Positions 1 to 12,000 of a DNA stretch of 64,000 bases are shown here, in pieces. Positions within the stretch are counted from its first letter, which is position 1. Each line of letters opens with the position of its first letter. Where the stretch lies: contig NMRA01000329.1 of NCBI GenBank assembly GCA_002633005.1, positions 395,219-459,218 on the forward strand, read 5' to 3'. The DNA is from Phoronis australis. Taxonomy: Eukaryota; Animalia; Phoronida. The notes below the pieces were generated by a model. That model did no database searches and was not told the origin of the DNA. It worked only from the letters and a program-made list of their open reading frames with translations. Position numbers and translations under genes: made by a program.

Positions 1-131
1 TGGTGGGAATAGATCAAGAGATTTTAGGCATGATATCATTGATTTATTTGTTTCCAACTTGTAGCGTGATTAAGACTAGACGGGTTTCTTTCCTATAACG
101 AGGAACTATACTCGTATTTTCGTTATCATAC

Positions 132-3100
132 CTGGTGATAACTTGAGATTCGTCAGTCGGTCTTTTCCGCATTTAAGTCTACAAATCTCGTGAGTATCAG
201 TGTCAGATCTTTTGAAAAACACAACCCTGTAATGTAGTAAAATCATGACATTATGAAAATCGTAACTAACAAATGACATAAATGAAATTCACCCGTGCTC
301 CTTCAATCCTGCAACATAAGAATGCATAGAAAATGTGACCAAGGGGATTACTAGACAAAATGTTTTGGCAATGATTTTATTTATTAGTTTCATTAAAACG
401 GCTACTTGTAGCTTCATTTGCTTAACGAATCCATTTTTTCCTAAAGATTCTGTAGGACCATAGAAAATGTTCAAAATAGCTGATCGGATTCAAATGACAA
501 GTTGTAATATCTTGCTTTATGTAGTGTTCTCCAAAACGCTGTTCAGATTTCTTTTTAAAATTATCGTTTTTTGCAAGAGGGGCTATCGAATGGACGTTTA
601 TGATTTTTATGGAAAATCTCAAAAGTTGTGTATAACAAAAACTAAACGATAATTCAGAAAATTGTTACCGCATTTTTTACGTTAAAATTTACAGCAAATG
701 AAATTTGGTCATTTATTGATGCCGTTTTGTACTATGAATTCCCCTTTCGAATGTTACAGAAGAGACATGATCACGTGACCTGATCAGTAGTTGTATGGTG
801 TTAAGTCAAACATCAAATTCTACAGTCTTTCTTTCCCGTATACTTTTACTCAAACTTTATGGTTAGAAATTTAGCTGAATGTACAGAGGTGTTCTTAAAT
901 TAACAAACATGAAATTTCACTCACCCTCCGTCTTTTAACCCAAGAACTACCAATGTGGCGCTTTCACTGACGTCGCAAGACGTTATTCGCAAGTTCTAAA
1001 GAAGACATAACACCGAAAAGCTTTTTTAAGAAAGACAATAGATCGCAGTTTCTTTAAGTTTTAAAGACAGGGAAAACCAGTGTCGTGTCAGGATATTTTA
1101 GATTTGTGGCGGACTGTTGCTGTCGTTCGCTTTTGAGAGTTGCTAGCTTTTTAATTAAGAGTAGTAAGCATCTCGGGTAATGTTACTGAAAAAGCGCCAG
1201 GACTAGTTCGCGTGTACCCGCAGTAGGAGCAGATTGTGTATCCCGGCACAGCGACCATCTCTGGTACCTGAGGCAGAAGTAGACTCTACCAAAGTAAATT
1301 ACAATCTACCGCAGGTATCGGGGACCCATTTTATCTACACACAGTTCATTGGCTCATGAAGGCAGTCGTTAATTCTGGATATGAAAAATTATCAAATTTT
1401 CGTCAGTTACAACGATTTCGCTTTTCTGAAAAATTGCAAAATCGCTCGTTTGCATTAACGTTCTTCCCACCCATAGCACTATACAGTTTCGTTCTGGCCA
1501 CCAGAAGCACGCAGTATTCGTGGAAACTTTAGGTTTCGGCGAATTTCTACTTGCCGTTTTTGCACTGTTTTGGAGTAAACTTCTGTCACAAACGTGCACA
1601 AAATCTTCAACATCGAAATTCATTCACCAGTTACGTCAGAGGGGTAACAATTAGATATCGCGTACCTTTGTGCAACTTTTCCATACGCACTGTCGTGAAA
1701 TGCTGTCGAAGAGACTTATAATCCCATCGCTGCCAGCGCTGCAGAAAATACCCGGCATGCCACACTCGACGGCCACCATTGATCTTAAGTCATCGTAGTG
1801 ACCCTATCAATGACACATATTATGTACAAGCAAATACACGTCATTGAAATGTATCCATCTCTCTGATTTGGGATCGCACGAGAAGAAGGCAGATCGTCAC
1901 TCAACAGAGCATTTCACATTTGAATTTTTCAGACGGTGGATCAGGTGTCCGATCTGCCTTCAGTATTACATTTAGCTAGAGAAGGAAGGTTGTATGTCTT
2001 TGGAGATGTGCGTGTCAATTTTCGTTTACTCTGTATACATTTCACAGCCATGTACGATTAAGACATTTTGGAACAAATTTTAAACATAAAGCGAATCATC
2101 AGTCACTTACAAGTGGAATCCCACAAGCAAAGTTTGAAAAAGGTGATACCACGCATTCTACCTATATGCCGTAGATTGTTAGAGACAATTACCTGTGTCA
2201 GTGGTATGGGGTCCAATGAGACGCCTTGAAGAGGCAAGCCTTCTGTAGACAGCTCTGCATGTAAGATGGTGTTCATTGTCGTTCCTATTATCAAAGTGTC
2301 CTTTTGGTGCATCAACATGCGCACGCCCCCTTCCGCCGTGTTGATGGTTAATGAACCTTGTGGGTCCATGTTTCGGTTCCACGTCCACGCATGAATCGCG
2401 CTGTCTCTTCCTCCGGACAGAAGTACTCCGCGTACGAGAGCCATGCAAAATACTGGTCCCTGCATTGTACACGTCCATTAGTAGTTTGTTGCTTGTACAA
2501 GCCAGGAAAGCATTAAACTCATCTCACGAAATTTTAAATGAAATGCATTTAACTTCCTCACTACGAGAAAAAAGTCTAAAAGGCACATAATTATAAAACG
2601 TTTTTTAACTCTGTTTAAAACAAGGGGTGCAGTCCATCAATCACCGCCATTCACACATTACAATGAACGTTAAAAATGAAGTGACCTACAGAATGACAAG
2701 TCGATAAGGTTTGAGTATGTGACGAAAGCAATCACTTTCTTTGATGGCACCTTTCAGAAATCCCTCTACCTTTCATAAGAAGTAAAATATGTTAAATTGA
2801 CAAAAAACAAACACCTTAACAAAGGCACTGTTTCCCTATAAAGTTGCTGGACACGAGCTTGGAGATTAAGGCAATTGTGTTTTTTCATTTTATGTTGTAT
2901 GGCGAAATAAATCTTCATCTTTGTTCCGGGTACAAAAATTTCCCTAAGTCACGTGTCCTTGCATTCTCAAACAATTTTCGCAACAAAATGATCCGGTGTC
3001 CCCAGAATAGTCTGAAGCATAGTCAATCAAATGTCATTGACCTCAACCGTGGCGTGTTCGTGGAAAATATACAAACTTGTCTAGCTTCAATTCCAAGCAA

Positions 3101-6100
3101 TTCGAATCCAATCAAAAATGATATGAAACATGTTCAGCGACTTTGAAGGTCTGTAATAGTGCCTGGGTTAGTGTAGGATGTGTTACTCGCGAATTTGGCG
3201 AGATCACGCAAGATCATCTATTTTTTCGCGAGTAGGCGCGCGCACTCATTGGCCGAGTGTAAATTGCAAAATCGCTATCAATGCATGAAGAGATTGGACA
3301 ACGAGGTTGGAGTTTTGAATTATGGGAGAAAACTGACTGTAAGTGAGTCACTATTTCCATTCCATAAACCAAGAATTTTCACTCTAAGTGTCTCGTGAGT
3401 GTCTATCGTTACGTAGACACGTAACTTATAAATAACTGTAAATAACCTGTAAGTAACTATTCACATTGCTTGTTATGGAACTGGTCCATATACGTGTGTT
3501 CTGTAACTTACGCATACTTACGTCATGTGCATGTTTCACCAGATTGCCGATTGTATTGCCTCCAAACGGCCAGATATATATAGTGCCGTTCGAGTCGCCC
3601 GTTACTAAATCGCCACGATCATTGTGCATCAGACAAGTTATAAACTTGGCTCGAAGGTGTTTCTGAAACAGTAGGGAATTTGTAAAGAATACAAGTAAAC
3701 AATACTGATAGCTCATTTATCCATCCCGTTACGCGTAGATTAGTATCGTCTGATTACTATCCGTGGAGTTGTCACTGTTCCCTTCTAATACAAGGCGGTC
3801 ATTATTATCCAACTTTTCCCTTGCGTTTTACCGGCAACTTAAACATTTGAATGGGAAAGAGAGAAGAAATTTTATTGTTTTGTAAAAAATCTTAGACGTA
3901 CCCCATAGTCGGCTTTCATATGCATTTCAATAGCGTTATTGTCAGGATATAGTTTCCACCAAACGATGTGTTCTTTGCCGATGGTGACAATGATATCCGG
4001 GTTCTTTGGATTGAACTCAGCGCTGCATATGGTTTCTGCTTCAAGCTGACAAACACGAAAAGAAGGGTTTGTTAATGAAAATGAATAAGAATGCTTTACA
4101 GAAAGCCTGCGGTTTTTTCACGTATCGGCCTGAGACACTAGCACAATACGAATCCATGTTCTCATAAACCCATTCATAAATTATTAACTACGTAACCTCA
4201 TTAACATATGAATATGTAAATCTTAACCGTCGTGGAAATGCAAATCGCAAACACTTTTATGTCTGGTCTACACGCCACCTGTTGGCCACACTGCAGTCAA
4301 TTCAAGATTTCTGTAGTGTTTTTATTTACGTTAACACGAAACTTGTTTAGTCGGTACAAGTATCATACGGGCACATACAGAGTCTCTCATGATGCCCTTT
4401 CAAACGCATACAGACACACAAGCCTTGCATAATAAATAACAGAAGTAAGAAATTAAAACTAGAATATTATTTTCAAAATATTCCAAAAGGGAGACTGCAC
4501 ATGGGTGGAACACAGTTGCACTAAATACCTGTAAAATGTCAATAGCATAGATGTCATATAAAAGAATAATACGTACCGCAGTTCGGGCTAGTTCCTTTCC
4601 AGAGGCCGTGTTCCAGACAGTCATCACGTGGTCATCCCCATTGTCTACTGCTATTACGCGATCCTGCCGTAATTAAAGAAAACGAAAATGCGAAAATAAA
4701 TGACAAAACAAATTAACATGAAATAGTTAAATAAAAACCTGTTTGAATTGGGTAGGTATATTGTATGGACCGCCACAACTGTTCTGGTAATTCCTGCCGT
4801 GTTCGCAATCGTAGGCACGTGGAAAGTACTTGACATCTAGGACGATGAATTGTGGAAAGCATCACGCCACTGCATGGGTTCACCGTAACCCTAGTAAGGA
4901 ACCACGACAATGCAGTGATTTGAAGAAAACTCTCTGCTTGTCGAAAATTTCACCCAGTAGATTTTTAGCTACATTACAATCTCCTATCGACCACAGAAGT
5001 TTCGATGTCTCGATTGGTGAACTCGTTTCAAAGGAAGGTGTGAATAACGTAAGTCACGTGACCTCCACCAAACTTTCAGAATATGGACGAAATGATTATA
5101 CGTAGAGGACCCTTTTAACTTTGTGGCATACATATTGTAGGCGTGCATGATATTGGAAATTAAACTTATCAAGTACAAAATTTTAAACAATTTCGTCACG
5201 GTGATCAACACGAGCAACGCAAAGTGATAGGTGCCCACCGTTTTGATCGCAAACGAAATAATGTAATTATAAGGGTTGCTCGATTTTTCAAACATTTCCA
5301 CTGTAGTCGGATCCATTCAAACCAAAATCAGCTGTGCTCTCCCCATTAGCAACACTTAGGTTAAATTTCATGTCGACACAAACTCGGTAGACATAAAAGC
5401 CGACGCAATGACAATTTGCCACAGAAGTCAGACCAGTCAAAATTCAACATCAGCTGCGTTTGCTTGAACAGAATCACACAGACATGTGTCAAATTTGATG
5501 AAAGTCCATCAAAGAACTATATAAATATAGAGCAGATACAAAGAAAACCCAAACATCCACAAAGGAGCACTACAGTTGCCAGAACCACTTAAAAACATCA
5601 ACACCAGTCTTGCTCTCCTCAACAAGAGCATATAGGCCAAATTTCATGAAGATACATCAAGGAACTAGATATAGAGGCAGATGACAAAAACGTAACTGGC
5701 ACTAGGGGGCGTCTCAGTGAATGGACCCGTCCTAAAATCAATGTCAGCTGTTTTCTATTCAATTGGGACACCTGCAAAATTTCAGAATGGTCCTTCGAAT
5801 GGTCACCCTAATGGGAGCAGAATACGCCGAAATCGTCCAAAATTGGGAAAGTGTTGTCAGCATCTCATAGTAAATCTATCGTAATTCCAAAAAATTCCCT
5901 TAAAGGGACATGATCAGCGAGAAAGTGATTTTATGAGATCATCGCAGTGGCAGCAGGTATAACGCTCTACTTGCGGATACACCCCACTCGACAACTGGCA
6001 TGATATTTTAAGCGTATTTTACTCGGACAAAGTCACCGATCTAGATTTCAGCGAATGTCTGGCAAACAACAGCAGGTATTGGCAATTTGTGATTAAAGCA

Positions 6101-9064
6101 CAAAAACCGAACGGATTATGTTGCTTTATAAGTCCAGTCTACGCTAATTACTTCAAGCGGTTTATCACATCAAACAACAATACCCAAAATGCACTTCTCC
6201 GCCATAAAACCGATAACGACTCCCTTTAAGGAAATCAGTAGAAACAGAGACAAACAATTAAAATTGACTCTAAAGCTAATAGCGCTAATTGGATTCCTCC
6301 AAAAATTGTTGTAATCCATCAAGGCCATAGAAAAAATTCCAAATTTCATGAAGGTTATGCAGGGAGCTTAGTAGAAGACGCAGCAGCGAAAGCCAGATGT
6401 CCTGGCGCCGGACACCCAGACAGAGATGAAGGTAATATACATCCACCCAAGTATTGTGGGCGCATAAAAATGATCTCAAATGTTATCACGGTAATAATAA
6501 ACACGTTTACACACAGCATGCAATGTTTATCAATTACCACTAACTATGCACACAAAGATGACGTACAACATGTGAAAATTGAAATAATGAAAGGAGTGAG
6601 TTTTGAAGATGTGTTATCAATGCATAGCATTTTCTTCATGCGACTGTTAATACACACTGACACGGCATGCAGTAGGCATTGTTAAAGCTACAGGAACAAA
6701 TTTATCGACTCTTCAGCAACTATTAAATTATAAAACCTAAAAATTCTAACTGTAGCACCAATAACATCTTAAACTAAATATATATATATTAACAATTTTG
6801 TTAGAACCTGAATGTTGCGGACAGAGTCATGGTCCATGTAGGTATTTTTGCCTGTTAGCTTCAAAGAACAAAGTAATGAAAGACATCAGAAAGGACATAT
6901 CAGTTTGTGTCACACTGTACGCTGTGAACTTTTTTATCAAACCTCGATTTCCTGCAGAAAACGTTCAAACAAATGAAAACAATAGATGAAACGTGACAAG
7001 TGCAATTTGCCCAAGTCTCAAACTCGTCAAAAGATATTTATCCTTATTATGCAAACATCGTAAAGGTAAACGGGATAATGTTACAAGGTTAAAAATCCCG
7101 TTGAATAAAGCTGGATACTTTGCTAAGGCGACAATATGGTAATATACTTTAGATGATATAATCTACATCACGCATGCCTTATGCAATAAAAGTCCATCAA
7201 TAACAGACATCGCTTAAGTGGCGCATAAGTCGAACATAAGTTCTTGTTTTTTATATTCTAGACTTATGTATTCTAATTTCCTGTTATCCTGTTTAGTACC
7301 TATATTTTATCATAGTCTAACCTTGTTATTGCCCGGGTTGCGCTTCCTCGGATGGGCGATGTCAGCATTCCGTGCTGCCATTATGGCGTTTTTTGCATGC
7401 CCATCTTGCAGAGTCTTAGTTAGTTTTATCTATTACGTCATAATAAATGACAATATTCGCAATCCTCCTCTTGTTTTACTCTGCAACATAGCTCGTGGCG
7501 TACCCCGGGCAAAATAGATTACGATAAATATATTTTCATTAGCCGATATGGAAAATATGGGTGGATTAGATTTCTTCACAATTAAATGTCCACGGTTAAC
7601 GTACGTAGATGGAAGTGAACGTTTACCTTTGTTCTTGCAAACCCTAAGCAGGAAACAGCCGTGTGAAATTTTCCCATGCCAAGAACGTGGACCGTCTGTA
7701 GGTTGTCAGCCCTCCAAATCCGTATGTGAGCCTGGAATGGTTCATGCATGCATTCATTCTGACAACGTAAGTTTAATATTGAAGAAAGACATTTGTTCAC
7801 ATCAACATATGGGGCACGTTAATTTGAACTAGGGATATATCAGACTAAGGCGAATTAGATTGTATTTTGTATTATTGAGTCGTCGTAACCTCTGTAAATT
7901 GGAGAAATATTACTTCGATATTTTTGTACAAAGACAAGTTATTACAGAATCTTACGTTCGAAGTGCCATCGTGACCAGTTTTGGTACTCTGTTGACCAGT
8001 GGCGATCGTTGTACCGTTGGAGTGAACCGAAATACTGTAATAAAAGTAATTTTCAGAATTGATTTTAAAGTAACTGAAATTTCAATCCATTTCTCTTCGT
8101 TGCTCAAGATAGGCTTACGCACAATAGTCCGAGATAAATACTTAAAAAGTGCACAGTTTAATCTTGTAAGTGAACAAAGAGCAAGGTTGATTCAATTTTA
8201 TTTAAGAATGTATACACCTCGACGTTGTAAATTCATGATTTCTTTTATTCAAACTTGGACAAAATAATTAATTTGAGCTGATCGCATCATTCTGTTGTGC
8301 ATATCGCCCGCAAAACCTTCATCGGCTATTACTATACCCATGGGTCGTGCATTCGTGAAATTAATAAGTACGAGCACGAACCAATGCTGTTGCACCCTGT
8401 TCTCTCGAACCACTAATGTTGGTTACCATTTGATATCGTCGGTGTGCTCGCGATAGTGCCGCTGGAAGTGTTGGTCTCTGTTGTATAGCACCGCCACGTG
8501 GCCTATGAAGTAGATAAGTTCACCGCTCGCCAACAAATGGATGTTGTTTCTGCAGTCGTGGCCGCGATAGCCGTACCTAGGAGATAATGCCCACTATTAC
8601 AGTAAGTAGCACTAACTTTGCCCGACTTGGTACGTTCTAACTCAGTTTGGAACTGGGTCACTGTGTATATCGTGACGTGCAAAAGACGACGATAAAGAGG
8701 AAAGTACTTTTTGTCCTTGTCGAAGTTGTGCGAATAAATGCCCTACATCATCAATGTGGCTCAAGGTAGACAGTCTTGCCACGCAAGGTCATTGTGATCA
8801 ACTCATCCCAAGCCCTAGTCACAGTCACGTGATAAGCCTGAGCTTCACACCCTTTAGTTGGGACAGGCATTGGTATGTAATAAATCAACTGGCCAACTTA
8901 CACCCAGTTCAGCTGTATCCTCTCTCGTGGCGGATCCGTCACTATGTTCTTAGTCTTGTATTCTGTTGGAATCCAGAACCTAAACGTTCGTCCACTTATT
9001 TCGGCCACTTGTACCTTTTCTGAATTTTCTCTCAAAGATTTCAAACTCGAGTTCAAACTTCCAT
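132..9064 (-). CDS. EML/EMAP HELP motif plus WD40 (TAPE domain) exons
   Basis: Spliced translation reads GRTFRFWIPTEY...DPPRERIQLNWV|YGYRGHDCRNNIHLLASGELIYFIGHVAVLYNRDQHFQRHYREHTDDIKC|ISVHSNGTTIATGQ...AHIRIW...DDHVMTVWN...IIVTIGKEHIVWW...LVTGDSNGTIYIW...HAHD|GPVFCM...LLSGGRD...TQ|GHYDDL. This matches the diagnostic EML HELP motif (WVYGYRGxDCRNN) and the WD repeats that follow it. Confidence 0.95.
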
Positions 9065-12000
9065 CTACGATAACAAAACGTGTACGTGTGTGAGCAGGAC
9101 CGTCTCGAATAGAATATACACCCAGAGAAACAGTACTGTCAGTGTGGCTTTTCTAATATAGCAACACCTAAGTATACAATTGTATATTGATTTGAAATTC
9201 AAAACAAATGACGCTTACTAGTTTAATTGTAACACTCTTTCTAAACAATGCACTTTTCGAAGCGAAGCGTCGATTTTTTAAATGAACCTGATTTCCAACA
9301 AAGAAACGAACTTTTGATTTAAACCGCTTCTTGATCGCTATAAAACTTGTTCCTTACTCGTACGAGAAGTGACTTCTGGAACAGATAATTCGATTCCTTG
9401 AGACCGCGCCTTGGCGCATTAACTGACACCTCGTGACATGAAGCCATCCTATAGAGTATGGACCTTCTCACGCAATGTCGACCTGTCAGTTATTTCAAAG
9501 CCCTGGTCCTTCAATATGACTACGTTAAAACCAATTTGAGACCAATTTCACAACATTAAGTGGTCTAAATTAAATTAAGTCGTTTTGTGATGGAATGCAG
9601 GGTTATTTAAGAAACTTTAAATTCAATTTTGAGTTTTAATTTTTGGTGTTCAGCCAGATATTCGCCGTCATTAGAATAAATGAGTGTAGTCTGAGAAACT
9701 TTGCATACAATTAACGCCAATACTACGATACAGGTTTGCAAGTTATGGGGCGAACTTTGAATGTCGTTTTGGTCCAGTTATATTCTAAATTAGATAAAGA
9801 AAAACATTTACTTAAAAACAGAATTTATGTACAATAATCAGCAATTCGAAAGCGTCCATTGTTGAGATACAAACGTTTTGTGTACTAAAGTTCCAAACAC
9901 AGTTACCTCCTTCACACAGTCTATTTTACCTGCTATTGAAGATTTGGAATCCGAGTCGGTGCTATCCATCTCCAACAAGGGGATTTCGTCCGGTTTCTTG
10001 CCTTCAACGTGTTAAACCGCATATTAAGTTGTGTTTGCACCTTACATTGCATTTTACATTTCTAGCCTTCGGCGTCTTAAACATTTAAGATTATGCTCTA
10101 TAATGCACTTCGTATTATAGTCACTTCTTTTTAAGGCAATGTTAAATTTGGTTTTGGATGTTTTGACACCGATATGAACCAGAGGGAAATCATGTACCGT
10201 AATCGTTCGGGTTAACGCCCATGCTCAGTTAACCGCCCATCCCTGACTTTAAGTGGATTTTCGATTTAACCGCCCACTGCTCAGTTAACCGCCCTCCCCC
10301 TATTTTTTGGATTCGCCAATTTAACCGCCCAGGGCGTTAACCCGAACGATTACGGTATTCATACATTTTCAATGATGGTAAATTCAGTTAAAAATTCAAA
10401 GTCTTCCTCGCGGTAATTTTCGTAGCAAAATATTAAGATCTTGTTTCAGTCTCGTTCGCATCCTACAAGGATTATAAGCGTCAAAAGAAGCCACGGAGCT
10501 CACTGCAGCCAAAGAATGCACTCCGACTTGGTCTTTTTATACCAACCTCTAACCTATTTACATTGGCACGACGTTTCGGTCGGTCATTTCCCCGACCAAG
10601 ATCTGTAACACCTGAGATGGTCGGAGAAGTGACCAACCGAAACGCCGTGCCATCGCAAATAAGCTAAATAGGCCAATGAGTTTTAGAAATGACGTTACCA
10701 AATCACCACCTCAAAGCGATTTTAGGAAGACAACTGTAGATCAAAGAGAACTATTTTGTATATTCTGACCTGTTTAAGGATCTCGATCAGTGCCGGATTA
10801 AGAACGTAGTAGAAGTGGCATATGCTAGTTGTCCCGCTCTTTTTGGGCCCCGCATTCGCAGCAGTTTTAGACGCACCTGGACTATAAACGTTTCTACTCC
10901 TGTGCTGACCTCAGATGGTGCGAAAGTTTGTGTTGGGGCGCCACCATTTTCAGTGTGCAGGGGCGGATCCAGTATTTTGAGATAGGGGGGCCATGGCAGA
11001 GTATTAGCCAGGATTTTGTCCGTCAGACATTCGCACCGCCCATCTGACCCAAATGTAAACTGGGAGAATTTTAGGGCGCATGGCCCCCTTGGCCACCCTC
11101 TAAATCCACCACTGGTGTGTGTAGGGTCAAGAATGCGAAGCCCCACCGAATAATCTATTATCAAAGAAAAGATGCCGTAGTGCTGACATAAGCGCGGGGC
11201 CCCTGATTAGCGGTATGTAGACACCTGAAATCGTCTAATTAGATGCATTACCCGGTAGAAACACTGCCTCATCATGTAGACGCCGTCTCAATTGTTTTCC
11301 TTCTCAAAAGTGAAAATTACACCCATTTTGCTTTTGGTTTGGGATAATCTTTATATTAGCATTTGAATAATGGCCCCAAGCTTCGACTTATTCTACGGGT
11401 CCCGCAATTGCTTAATACGGCACTGATCTTGATTTCAAATCACTAACGTGAAACAGCGACTGTTTTCTGAAGGTTCAGCAGGAGTGACGCATTCACAGGA
11501 TAAACGTACCTTTCCGTTGTTTCACAGAGTTCAGAAAGCCTGCCACATTCTTAGTTGTGCCAACGGATTTTCGGACCTCTGTGTAAAATATAGTTCAATA
11601 TGCAATCGTATGATTTGCTTGTACGGTGGAGGTTATAATGTTTATATCCATCAAATTGTTTTAAAACTAATATGACCATTTCGTGCACGATAACAGAAAT
11701 TGTAACAACATGAACAGAATGAACTGAGAGGTGACGTCAAAATATTACTGTAAACGATTCTCCGCCGGCGCACAGAAGCAAGCAAACGTTACAAAGGCAA
11801 ATTTTTGTCAGTTTTCGTGACCACACTTCACGTTTGATCAAAGATCCGTAATGGTTTTGTAGATTTCATAATTAAATTTTTGAAGCCTCAACGCATAAGA
11901 AATATATCTTATAGTGTATTTGAAAAGTGGGTTTTTGCAGTCACGTGACCGTTATAATTTGAAAAATGCGTCATCTTTGTTTTGAACATTCATTTCTGAA

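Noticed and set aside
5697-5713. CTCF-like motif GCACTAGGGGGCG (similar at about 44241 and 46358)
   Set aside because: An imperfect match embedded in repeat-derived sequence. Function cannot be inferred from sequence alone.
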